Assembly: GCA_946056135.1 (NCBI GenBank)
Contig: CAMGIN010000002.1
Span: 328-64,327, forward strand
DNA from: an uncultured bacterium
Lineage (GTDB): Bacteria; Bacillota; Clostridia; Oscillospirales; Oscillospiraceae
Length of the DNA stretch: 64,000 bases
Direction of reading: 5' to 3'
Both the position numbers and the translations under genes were made by a program. The first letter of the stretch is position 1. Every line of letters starts with the position of its first letter. Below are positions 47,620 to 56,730 of the stretch, one piece after another. The notes under the pieces were generated by a model, which was not told where the DNA came from, did no database searches, and saw nothing but the letters and a program-made list of their open reading frames with translations.

Positions 47620-47829
47620 TTACAGGGAGAAATCCTCGCTTTCATATTTGGAAAAATCCAGCGCCTTGGCCTTGACCGGGATCCGCTTGCAGGGATCATA
47701 CTTGAATTTGCGGCACCGGTCCTCAACAGTGCGCATTCCCTTTTTGGAGCAGAGAATCTGCCCGTCCTCCAGGTGTGCGCCATAAAGGCAGTAAGCGCAG
47801 GAGCGTTCTATCTTTTTTCGAAACAGCAT
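47620..47829 (-). CDS. Small Cys-rich hypothetical protein
   Basis: GGAGG RBS; CAYC...C...CRKFKYDP. Confidence 0.7.
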   Translation of the reverse strand: MLFRKKIERSCAYCLYGAHLEDGQILCSKKGMRTVEDRCRKFKYDPCKRIPVKAKALDFSKYESEDFSL

Positions 47830-48842
47830 GGCGGTGTCCTCCGTAAAGCTTTGCCCTTATTATACAGCAATTGCTCTGGGAATGCTACTCTTTTTTGCGT
47901 TTTCCGCAGAATCAGGGAAAAAGTAAGCAAAATGCCGCAGCAGGGAAGCAGGGTTCCTGATACCAGCGCTCCGGCCAGCAGTACACTGAAGGCCGTTTGC
48001 AGCAGCTTCCCAAGAAAGTAATACCGCAGGGAAAGGCCCGCCGTGACGGAGAACGTCTGCATGGTCACACACAGACCGCCGAAAGCCAGCAGGCCGGAGC
48101 AGATTACAAACCGCAGCTCCACATCGGAAACGGACAGCAATTCACAGCAGCCGTTGGACAGCTCCAGCAGTCCGATGATCGCCACCTGGGCCGAAGCTGG
48201 AAGCAGCCACAGCACCCACCGCCTGAGAAAGGCGATTACGACCCGGAACAGCACCACCCAGCCGCAGACCGATGCCATGATCCGAACCGAGCGGTTCAGT
48301 GCCTCGGACAGGGTGACTGGCTTCCCGGGAGAAGGAGCGGCCATCCGCGCCTCCTTTCCTGGTATCAGAATTGCTACGAATACGGCACTGGAAAGATGAA
48401 TTCCCCAAAGTGCCCAGGCCATCCACTGTCTGGGGAACATGGCCCCAACCATGCCGAACAGAAAGGCGGGTCCTGCGTTGTTGCAGAAGGAAAGCAGCCG
48501 CTGCGCCTCTTCTCGGGAAAGCTGCCCGGAACGGTAAGCGGCAGCAATACTTTGTGCGCCTACAGGATATCCGCCCAGGAAGCCGGAGATCAGCAGGGAC
48601 TCTCCACCCTTGGGGATTCCGCACAGCTTTCCCAAGGGACGAAGGACGCCCAGAGAAGAACCAAGAAACGCACTTGTCAGGACTGTGGACAATAGGAAAA
48701 AAGGAAACAGGGAGGGAATCACGGTTTTCAGACATAGCTCGATGCCGGTTCTGGCCCCATCCAACGCCGTTTTTCCGTCCAAAATCAGGATCAGCATGCC
48801 AATGGATGCACCGATCCCGGACACAAGCCGCTTCCTTTTCAC
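47808..48842 (-). CDS. ylbJ: Sporulation integral membrane protein YlbJ-like
   Basis: IPSLFPF, GGYPVGA, NNAGPAF, GLLELSNG, FGGLCV.MQ; GTG start after GAGGTG. Confidence 0.85.
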   Translation of the reverse strand: MKRKRLVSGIGASIGMLILILDGKTALDGARTGIELCLKTVIPSLFPFFLLSTVLTSAFLGSSLGVLRPLGKLCGIPKGGESLLISGFLGGYPVGAQSIAAAYRSGQLSREEAQRLLSFCNNAGPAFLFGMVGAMFPRQWMAWALWGIHLSSAVFVAILIPGKEARMAAPSPGKPVTLSEALNRSVRIMASVCGWVVLFRVVIAFLRRWVLWLLPASAQVAIIGLLELSNGCCELLSVSDVELRFVICSGLLAFGGLCVTMQTFSVTAGLSLRYYFLGKLLQTAFSVLLAGALVSGTLLPCCGILLTFSLILRKTQKRVAFPEQLLYNKGKALRRTPPCCFEKR

Positions 48843-48916
48843 AGACCTCACCTCGGAAGAATCTATGCAAGAAAGAGTTCCGGCATTCATATGCTTGCAA
48901 AAAGGGAGGTGCCGAA

Positions 48917-49198
48917 ATGGGCAGGGGACGTTACTTTTTGGAACGGCTGGCAGACGGGGCCGATCTCAGCGGGGAGTCGCTGCCGGGGGTGCCTATTGTG
49001 GAGATTGCCGGAGATCGCCGGGTGCTGATTGAAAATCACTTCGGCGTCAAGGAATACAGCCGGGAGCGGATCACCGTAAAAGTGAAGTACGGGTTTGTCT
49101 GTGTCTGCGGCTGCCATCTGGAGCTGATGCGCATGACCGCGGAGCAGCTGGTGATCTGCGGCAGGATCGACAGCGTTACGGTACAGCGGAGGGGGTAA
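48917..49198 (+). CDS. yqfC: YabP/YqfC family sporulation protein
   Basis: P.VEIAGDRRVLIENHFGVKEYS...G.I..V; upstream of yqfD. Confidence 0.88.
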   Translation: MGRGRYFLERLADGADLSGESLPGVPIVEIAGDRRVLIENHFGVKEYSRERITVKVKYGFVCVCGCHLELMRMTAEQLVICGRIDSVTVQRRG

Positions 49199-49200
49199 GC

Positions 49201-50397
49201 ATGGATCTATGGAAATCCCTGGCTGGGATGGTGGAGGTGGAGCTAACCAGCGCAGAACCGGAGACAGCACTGGGGGCCATCAACGCAAGCGGCATAGACG
49301 TTTTCCGGGTGCAGCAGAAAAGTGAACTGACATATGTTTTCCAAATTCGGCGGAAGGATTACCGGACTCTGGCAAAGATATCTGAAAAAAGAGGGGAGAC
49401 TCTGAAGCTGCTTCAGAAGTTGGGTCTGTACTGGACGGGAAAACGGCTGCTGCACCGTCCGGTATTGCTGTTCGGCATGGCCCTTTTTCTTGCCATGGCT
49501 CTGTACCTGCCCTCCCGGGTGTTTTTCATCCGGGTGGAGGGAAATGTGACCGTTCCCGCCAGACGGATCCTGGCGGCAGCGGAGGACAGCGGCATCCGCT
49601 GCGGGGCGTCCCGGCGGGAGGTCCGCAGCGAGAAGGTGAAGAACGCCCTGCTGGCTGCAGTGCCGGAGCTGCAGTGGGCCGGGGTGAATACTGCCGGATG
49701 TGTGGCCACCATCTCCGTGCGGGAACGGACAGACCCCCAGACTGAGCAGCCGCAGTGGGAGGTGGCGAGCATTGTGGCCTCCCGGGACGGCTACATTCTG
49801 TCCGGTACTGTCACCCGGGGAAACGCATTGTTTCAGGTAGGGCAGGCAGTGAAGGAGGGGCAGGTGCTGATCTCTGGCTATACCGACTGCGGCATCTGCA
49901 TCCAGGCCACCCGGGCGGAGGGGGAGATCATGGCCCAGACCAGCCGCTGTTTTGAGGCAGTAACACCCTCAGAATGGTCTCAGCGGGGGGAAGCCGCGGA
50001 AGTGAAGCGAAAATACAGCCTGCTTCTCGGAAAAAAACGGATAAATTTATGGAAAGACAGTGGAATTTTGGACCCCACTTGTGGTAGAATGTATTCAGAA
50101 TACGATGTCACCCTGCCGGGAGGCTTTTCGCTGCCGGTGGCGCTGTGTGTGGAGGAATACACCGTCTATGAAACGTCGCTTTCCGAAATCCCGCCGGACT
50201 GTGCCCAGAACGCGCTGACCGGCTTTGCGGACCGCTATCTGACGGGGCAGATGGTTGCCGGGGAAATTCGCAGCCGGTTGGAAACGGTCTCCTCGGAGGA
50301 AGGCGTGTACCATCTGCGGGGAAGCTACATCTGCGTGGAAATGATTGGCAGGGAACAGAAGGAACAGATTGGAGACACAAATGGGAAAAACAGTTGA
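49201..50397 (+). CDS. yqfD: Sporulation protein YqfD (SpoIV)
   Basis: IRVEGN, WAGVN..G, IVASRDG, VKEGQVLISG, E.IG. Confidence 0.9.
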   Translation: MDLWKSLAGMVEVELTSAEPETALGAINASGIDVFRVQQKSELTYVFQIRRKDYRTLAKISEKRGETLKLLQKLGLYWTGKRLLHRPVLLFGMALFLAMALYLPSRVFFIRVEGNVTVPARRILAAAEDSGIRCGASRREVRSEKVKNALLAAVPELQWAGVNTAGCVATISVRERTDPQTEQPQWEVASIVASRDGYILSGTVTRGNALFQVGQAVKEGQVLISGYTDCGICIQATRAEGEIMAQTSRCFEAVTPSEWSQRGEAAEVKRKYSLLLGKKRINLWKDSGILDPTCGRMYSEYDVTLPGGFSLPVALCVEEYTVYETSLSEIPPDCAQNALTGFADRYLTGQMVAGEIRSRLETVSSEEGVYHLRGSYICVEMIGREQKEQIGDTNGKNS

Positions 50398-51400
50398 AAG
50401 GATCGTCAATGCCGAGCGGGTGGAGGACCTGATTGCGGTATTCGGCTCCTTTGATGAAAATATCAAGCGCATTGAGGAAGCGCTGAATGTCCAGGTGGTG
50501 AACCGGGGAACGGACCTGCGGGTCTCCGGCGACGAGGAAATGGCCGATAAGGCTGTGCGCACTCTGGAGGGGCTGCTGGCGCTGGCGTCGAAAGGGGAAA
50601 CCATTGACGAGCAGCGGGTCCGCTATCTCATCACCCTGGTCAACGAGGGAAACGACGACCAAGTGGCCCAGATGGCCAAGGATGTGGTCTGCATTACCGC
50701 CAAGGGCAAGCCCATCAAGGCCAAGACTGTGGGCCAGCAGCACTACATGCGCGCTATCCAGAAGAACACCGTCACCATCGGCGTGGGCCCCGCCGGTACC
50801 GGCAAGACGTATCTGGCAGTGGCCGCGGCGGTGGCAGCCTTCCGGGAGCGGACGGTGAACCGGATCATCCTGACCCGTCCGGCGGTGGAAGCAGGCGAAC
50901 GGCTGGGATTCCTTCCCGGCGATCTGCAGAACAAGGTGGATCCCTACCTGCGTCCGCTGTACGATGCCCTGTATGATATGCTGGGGGCGGAGACCTTCCA
51001 GAAGTATCAGGAACGGGGTTCCATTGAAGTGGCGCCCCTGGCCTACATGCGGGGCCGCACCCTGGATGACAGCTTCATTATTCTGGACGAGGCCCAGAAC
51101 ACCACCCGGGAGCAGATGAAAATGTTCCTGACCCGTCTGGGCTTCGGCTCCAAGATCGTGATCACCGGCGACGTGACCCAGATCGACCTGCCGGAGGACA
51201 AGGTTTCGGGATTGAAGGACGCCATCCGGGTGCTGGACGGGGTGAAGGACATTGCCATCTGCCGCCTGACCTCGGCGGATGTGGTGCGCCACGCCCTGGT
51301 GCAGGAAATCATCAACGCATACGAAAAGGCGGCCCAGAAGCCGGAAATGAAAAAGCAGGCTCAGCAGCAGTTCAAGGGCCGGTATCAGAGGAAGAAATAA
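50381..51400 (+). CDS. phoH: PhoH-like ATPase
   Basis: GPAGTGKT, RPAVEAGE.LGFLPG, YMRGRT, DEAQN. Confidence 0.96.
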   Translation: MGKTVERIVNAERVEDLIAVFGSFDENIKRIEEALNVQVVNRGTDLRVSGDEEMADKAVRTLEGLLALASKGETIDEQRVRYLITLVNEGNDDQVAQMAKDVVCITAKGKPIKAKTVGQQHYMRAIQKNTVTIGVGPAGTGKTYLAVAAAVAAFRERTVNRIILTRPAVEAGERLGFLPGDLQNKVDPYLRPLYDALYDMLGAETFQKYQERGSIEVAPLAYMRGRTLDDSFIILDEAQNTTREQMKMFLTRLGFGSKIVITGDVTQIDLPEDKVSGLKDAIRVLDGVKDIAICRLTSADVVRHALVQEIINAYEKAAQKPEMKKQAQQQFKGRYQRKK

Positions 51401-51401
51401 T

Positions 51402-51902
51402 ATGAAACATAAAATTAACCTGGTTTTCGAGCAGCTGAGTCTGCAAAGGTTTACCATCCGTGCCAATATCCGCAAGTGCGTCCAGGAGACCCTGAAAGCA
51501 GAGGGCATCACCGCCGCCTGCGAAATCAACGTGCTGGTGACGGATGACGCAGGAATTCAAATCATCAACCGGGAGAGCCGGAACATAGACAAGCCCACGG
51601 ATGTGCTGAGCTTTCCCATGTTCCAGCTGGAAGCGGGGAATCCGCCAAAAGACTGGGAGGAATACCGGGACCCGGAAACCGGCCTGGTTCCCTTGGGAGA
51701 TATGTGCATCAGCCTGGAGCGGGCCGTTGCCCAGGCGGAGGAATTCGGCCACAGCGTCCGGCGGGAGGTTGGCTACCTGACCATCCACTCCATGCTCCAT
51801 TTGCTGGGCTACGACCATCTGGACGAGGGGGAGCAGAAGCGGCAAATGCGGGCAAGAGAAGAGGCCATCGCCGCCGGAATTCCCGGAATGACCAGAGACT
51901 GA
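51402..51902 (+). CDS. ybeY: rRNA maturation endoribonuclease YbeY
   Basis: PTDVLSFP, HSMLHLLGYDH. Confidence 0.97.
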   Translation: MKHKINLVFEQLSLQRFTIRANIRKCVQETLKAEGITAACEINVLVTDDAGIQIINRESRNIDKPTDVLSFPMFQLEAGNPPKDWEEYRDPETGLVPLGDMCISLERAVAQAEEFGHSVRREVGYLTIHSMLHLLGYDHLDEGEQKRQMRAREEAIAAGIPGMTRD

Positions 51903-51929
51903 ATACGTTTCATAGATTAGGAGAACCTT

Positions 51930-52817
51930 ATGAATACCAAAACCGCAATCATTACCATTGCCGGACGCCCCAATGTGGGTAAGTCCACGCTGACCAATTA
52001 CCTCGTTGGCGAGAAAATCACCATCGTGTCCAATAAGCCCCAGACCACCCGGAACCGAATCTGCGGGATCGTCACCCGGGACAATATGCAGTATGTCTTC
52101 GTAGATACGCCCGGCTATCACAAGGCCCGCACCAAGCTGGATGACTACATGGTGAACACCGTCCGGGAGTCCATTTCCGACGTGGACGCCGCCATCCTGG
52201 TGGTAGAGCCCATTGCTTCTGTTGGGAAGCAGGAGGAGGCGCTGATCGAGCGCTTGGCCGCCACCCGGTGCCCAACCATTCTAGCCATCAACAAGATCGA
52301 CACTGTGGAAAAGGACAAGCTGCTGGAGGTGATCGATGTCTATGCCCGGGCAGGCGCATTCGACGCCATCATCCCCATCTCCGCCAAAACCGGCGACGGT
52401 GTGGAGGAGCTGCTGGCGGAGTGCGAAAAGTACGCGGTGGAAAGTCCCTTCCTGTTCCCGGACGATGTGACCACGGACCAGCCCGAGCGGCAGGTTATGG
52501 CGGAGATCATCCGGGAGAAGCTGCTGTGGTGCCTGGACAAGGAAATCCCTCACGGAACCGCCGTGGAGATCACTCGTTTTTCTGAGCGGGAAAACGGCAT
52601 CATCGATATCGACGCCACCATTTACTGCGAAAAGGCAAGCCACAAGGGCATTATCATCGGCAAGCATGGCGATATGCTGAAGAAAATCTCCTCCATGGCC
52701 CGGACAGACTGCGAGAAGTTTATGGGCACCAAGGTATACCTGACCACCTGGGTCAAGGTCAAGGAGAACTGGCGGGACAGCGATTTCCTAGTGCGCAACT
52801 TTGGCTACAGCGAATAA
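51930..52817 (+). CDS. era: GTPase Era
   Basis: GRPNVGKST, PQTTR, DTPG, NKID, KH domain IIIGK.G. Confidence 0.98.
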   Translation: MNTKTAIITIAGRPNVGKSTLTNYLVGEKITIVSNKPQTTRNRICGIVTRDNMQYVFVDTPGYHKARTKLDDYMVNTVRESISDVDAAILVVEPIASVGKQEEALIERLAATRCPTILAINKIDTVEKDKLLEVIDVYARAGAFDAIIPISAKTGDGVEELLAECEKYAVESPFLFPDDVTTDQPERQVMAEIIREKLLWCLDKEIPHGTAVEITRFSERENGIIDIDATIYCEKASHKGIIIGKHGDMLKKISSMARTDCEKFMGTKVYLTTWVKVKENWRDSDFLVRNFGYSE

Positions 52818-52872
52818 TTTCCAGTTGTAAGACTGTTCCTGCGTGCAAATCCTATCCACAGGAGGGATTAGG

Positions 52873-53016
52873 ATGAACGCTATGGATTACTGGCAATTAT
52901 TCTTGGAGACCGGAGCGCCGGAAGCTTATCTCATGTACAGCAAACAGCTCAAATCGGAGGGAAGCCATGTATTTGACGATCCAGGGCATCGTCCTGAGAG
53001 TTACGGACTACAATGA
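52873..53016 (+). CDS. yqzL: YqzL-family small protein (47 aa; absent from the ORF track)
   Basis: RBS GGAGGG; MNAMDYWQLFLETGAPEAYLMY; conserved era-yqzL-recO position. Confidence 0.75.
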   Translation: MNAMDYWQLFLETGAPEAYLMYSKQLKSEGSHVFDDPGHRPESYGLQ

Positions 53017-53713
53017 CCGGGACGCCCTGCTGACGCTGCTGACACGCCGCCACGGCAAGCTGACGGTAAAGGCCAGGGGACTGCGCCGGAAAAACAGTCC
53101 TTTGACCGCTCCCTGTCAGCTGCTGGCCTACGGTGAATTTACGTTATTTGAATATCGGGGACAGTACACCATCAACGAGGCATCCTCCCTGGAGCTGTTT
53201 ACGCCCCTGCGTCGGGAACTGACCAAGCTGTCCCTGGGTACTTACTTTGCCCAGGCAGCGGAGGTCCTCTCCCAGGAGGATCAGCCCAGTCCGGAGCTGC
53301 AGGCCCTGCTGCTGAACTGCCTGTATGCGCTGTCCTATCTGGACCTGCCGGAGAAGAAGATCAAGGCAGTTTTCGAGCTGCGGGCCGCCTGCCTTTCCGG
53401 CTACACGCCGGATCTGTTCGGCTGCCATATCTGTGGGAACCAGGATCCGGACCGGTTTGATCTGTCGGCGGGACAGCTGGAGTGCCGGAACTGCCGGGAC
53501 CGGGAGTCCAACGGCATCCGCCTGCCCGTGACGCCACCGCTGCTGGAAGCCATGCGCTACATCAGCCTGTGCGATCCCAAGCGGCTGTTCTCCTTCCAGA
53601 TCGGGGAGGAAACCCTGGAGGCATTGTCAAAACTGACGGAAGCTTTCTTAACCACACAGCTGGAACGAGGATTTTCCACGCTGGATTTCTATAAGTCCTT
53701 GTTTGTTGAATAA
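52967..53713 (+). CDS. recO: DNA repair protein RecO
   Basis: GIVLR..DY...D..L.LLT...GK...ARG, CxxC...CxxC. Confidence 0.95.
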   Translation: MYLTIQGIVLRVTDYNDRDALLTLLTRRHGKLTVKARGLRRKNSPLTAPCQLLAYGEFTLFEYRGQYTINEASSLELFTPLRRELTKLSLGTYFAQAAEVLSQEDQPSPELQALLLNCLYALSYLDLPEKKIKAVFELRAACLSGYTPDLFGCHICGNQDPDRFDLSAGQLECRNCRDRESNGIRLPVTPPLLEAMRYISLCDPKRLFSFQIGEETLEALSKLTEAFLTTQLERGFSTLDFYKSLFVE

Positions 53714-53783
53714 GTTTCCCGTCAGGCATCCCGCTGGGGATGCTTCTGTGCGATTGAAATTACTTACATTTTAGGAGAAAATC

Positions 53784-56162
53784 ATGTCTGAATTATATGA
53801 AAAATCGCTGCTGAAGCTGGAACTGGACCAGGTTCTGCAGCTTCTTGCCGGGTGCGCGGGCAGCGAAGGCGGAAAGGACGCCTGCTTACAGCTGCGCCCC
53901 AGCTCCGATCTGGAGGAAGTGGAGCTGATGCTGCAGCAAACCACCGCCGCCTCCGATCTATGTACCCGGAAGGGGAACCCTGTTTTTGGAGACGTCACTG
54001 ACGTGTCCGCCTCCCTGGAGCGGGCAGACCGGGGCGGTTCCTTGCAGCCCATTGAACTGCTGCGGATCGCGGGAATCCTCCGCTGCGCCCGAACCATCAA
54101 GGGGTATGTGGCAGAGGATGAAAAGGAGACGGTGCTGGACAGCCTGTTCCGGGCGCTGAGTCCCAATAAATACCTGGAGGATAAGATCTTCGGCGCGATT
54201 TTGTCCGAGGAGGAGATTGCTGACAACGCCTCTCCTGCCCTGGCGGATATCCGCCGTCACATGCGGATCCAGTCCGCCAAAATCCGGGACAGCCTGCAGA
54301 AGGTGATTTCTTCCCCCGCCTACAGCAAGTTCCTCCGGGAGCCCATCATCACCATCCGTCAGGGCCGCTATGTTGTGCCTGTGAAAAGTGAATGTAAAAA
54401 TGATGTTCCCGGCCTGGTGCATGACGTGTCCGCTACCGGCTCCACCTATTTTGTGGAGCCTATGTCCGCCGTCAACGCCAACAACGCCCTGCGGGAGCTG
54501 GAGCTGAAGGAGAAAAAGGAGATTGAGCGGATCCTGGCGGAGTTGTCCAGTGAAGCGGCTTCCTACCGGGAGTCCATTGACCTGAACTACCGGATGCTGG
54601 TTCAGCTGGATGTGATCTTCGCGAAAGCCAAGCTTGCCTACCGGATGCGGGCCTGGGCCCCCATTATGAACGATCAGGGCAGGGTGGAGCTGCGCAAGGC
54701 CCGGCATCCGCTGATCGATCCCAAGACCGTGGTGCCCATCTCGGTGCGGCTGGGTACGGACTTCGACTCTATGATCATCACCGGCCCCAACACCGGCGGC
54801 AAGACCGTGACGCTGAAAACCATCGGTCTTCTGACGCTGATGGCGGAGTGCGGCCTGCACATTCCCGCGGGAGACGGCAGCACGCTTTCCACTTTCGATG
54901 CCATTCTTGCGGACATCGGTGATGAGCAGTCCATTGCCCAAAGCCTGTCCACCTTTTCCAGCCACATGCGTACCATCGTGGACGTGGTCGCCCAATGTGA
55001 CGACCGAACACTTGTGCTTTTCGACGAACTTGGCGCCGGTACAGATCCTGCCGAGGGAGCAGCTTTGGCAACAGCTATTATTGAATTCTGCCGAAAAATG
55101 GGCAGCCGTGTGGTGGCCACCACCCACTACGCGGAATTGAAACTCTATGCCATGCGCACCAAGGGCGTCATCAATGCCTCCTGCGAGTTTGACGTGGAAA
55201 CCCTGCGCCCCACCTACAAGCTGCTAATTGGCATTCCAGGCAAGTCCAACGCCTTCGCCATTTCCCGGAAGCTGGGCCTTTCGGAGGAGATTCTGAAGGA
55301 AGCCGATGATCTGGTGGACAAGAGCGACAAGGACTTTGAGGATGTCCTGTCTCAGCTGGAGCAGCAGCGCCAGCAGATGGAGGCGGCCCGACAGGAGGCC
55401 GAACGTCTGCGCCAGGAGACGGCCAAGATCAAACAGCAGAGCGAGGAATACAACGAGCAGCTGCGCAAGGAGAAGGAAAAGGCCATGGAGTCTGCCCGCC
55501 GGGAGGCCCAGCAGATCATTGAGGAAGCCAGAGCTGCCGCCAATATCGCCTCCGAAGAGCTGAAGGCCCTGCGCAAGCAGCTGACGGAAAACGCCGATAC
55601 CGCGGGGATCAACCAGCGTCAGGCAGAGCTTCGCCGGAACCTGAACGAGGCAGAGGACAAGTTGCGCGCAGCCCAGCCCCGGAAGGAACGGCCCAAGCCC
55701 ACAAGAGGGATTCTGGTCGGAGATACGGTGGAGCTTCTGAAACTTGGCACAAAGGCCAGTGTCATTGCCATCAATAAGGACGGTTCCTATCAGCTTCAGG
55801 CCGGTATTTTGAAGATGTCCGCAAAGCCGGACGAGGTTTATCTGCTGGAAAATGAAAACCCCTACAAGGAAAAAGGCGGGCATCCCAAACACTCCGGTCG
55901 TGAGATAAAGCTCAGTGCTATGCCCACGGAAGTGGATCTGCGCGGTATGGATTCGGTGGAGGCTATCTGTGTGCTGGAGCGGTATCTGGATGAGGCCATG
56001 CGCAACAATCTGAGTCAGGTTCGTATCATTCATGGCAAGGGTACCGGAACTCTGCGTGCTGCCGTCCAGCAGACACTGAAAAAGAATAAATTCGTCAAAA
56101 AATTTCGTTTGGGCCAGTATGGAGAGGGCGAAGACGGCGTTACCATTGCGGAATTTGCATAA
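53784..56162 (+). CDS. mutS2: MutS2 (endonuclease / ribosome collision factor)
   Basis: TGPNTGGKT, DIGDEQS, DELGAGTDP, TTHY, Smr domain IIHGKGTG. Confidence 0.97.
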   Translation: MSELYEKSLLKLELDQVLQLLAGCAGSEGGKDACLQLRPSSDLEEVELMLQQTTAASDLCTRKGNPVFGDVTDVSASLERADRGGSLQPIELLRIAGILRCARTIKGYVAEDEKETVLDSLFRALSPNKYLEDKIFGAILSEEEIADNASPALADIRRHMRIQSAKIRDSLQKVISSPAYSKFLREPIITIRQGRYVVPVKSECKNDVPGLVHDVSATGSTYFVEPMSAVNANNALRELELKEKKEIERILAELSSEAASYRESIDLNYRMLVQLDVIFAKAKLAYRMRAWAPIMNDQGRVELRKARHPLIDPKTVVPISVRLGTDFDSMIITGPNTGGKTVTLKTIGLLTLMAECGLHIPAGDGSTLSTFDAILADIGDEQSIAQSLSTFSSHMRTIVDVVAQCDDRTLVLFDELGAGTDPAEGAALATAIIEFCRKMGSRVVATTHYAELKLYAMRTKGVINASCEFDVETLRPTYKLLIGIPGKSNAFAISRKLGLSEEILKEADDLVDKSDKDFEDVLSQLEQQRQQMEAARQEAERLRQETAKIKQQSEEYNEQLRKEKEKAMESARREAQQIIEEARAAANIASEELKALRKQLTENADTAGINQRQAELRRNLNEAEDKLRAAQPRKERPKPTRGILVGDTVELLKLGTKASVIAINKDGSYQLQAGILKMSAKPDEVYLLENENPYKEKGGHPKHSGREIKLSAMPTEVDLRGMDSVEAICVLERYLDEAMRNNLSQVRIIHGKGTGTLRAAVQQTLKKNKFVKKFRLGQYGEGEDGVTIAEFA

Positions 56163-56251
56163 TTTTTCATCAAATCCAAAAAATGGAAACGTTTTAAACA
56201 AGGAAACTCCAAATTCGAACCAGCTTATTGTGTAAACAGGACGAAAATTAG

Positions 56252-56279
56252 TTGACTTTTTCAGTAAAAATGCTATGAT
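56252..56279 (+). promoter_or_regulatory. Sigma-A promoter of the hpr gene
   Basis: TTGACT-N16-TATGAT with TG extension. Confidence 0.55.
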
Positions 56280-56330
56280 ATACACAGACCCGTCGTACCC
56301 TATCGGGTGTGATGTAAAGGAGTGTGTATT

Positions 56331-56591
56331 ATGTTCAATAAAGAAGTCATCGTTCGCTGTGAATCCGGCCTGCACAACAAACAGGCAACCTACTTCGTTC
56401 AGAAAGCGAACGAATTTGAGAGCAGCATCTGGCTGGAATCCGGCACCCGCAAGATGAATGCCAAGAGTCTGCTGGGCATCATGTCGCTGGGGGTTGTTAC
56501 CGGTTCCACGGTTACATTGAGCGCTGTTGGCCCTGATGCTGAGGCTGCTGTGAACGCTCTGGACACTCTGCTCCAGCGGGACGTTTATTAA
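56331..56591 (+). CDS. HPr-family phosphocarrier protein (variant His15 loop)
   Basis: GLH15NKQA and NAKS46LLGIMSLG. Confidence 0.9.
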   Translation: MFNKEVIVRCESGLHNKQATYFVQKANEFESSIWLESGTRKMNAKSLLGIMSLGVVTGSTVTLSAVGPDAEAAVNALDTLLQRDVY

Positions 56592-56606
56592 CAATTACTT
56601 ATTCAA

Positions 56607-56648
56607 ACCGCCTCAATGCCAAAAAACTGCATTGAGGCGGTCCTATTT
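56607..56648 (+). terminator. Hairpin/terminator after hpr
   Basis: ACCGCCTCAATGC...GCATTGAGGCGGT. Confidence 0.6.
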
Positions 56649-56730
56649 CCATCCTCTCTGAAAACGACTTCTACGGCTTTACAGGATCGGCTGTTCCCGA
56701 GAAACCTGTCAGGCCGACTAAAAGGATACC

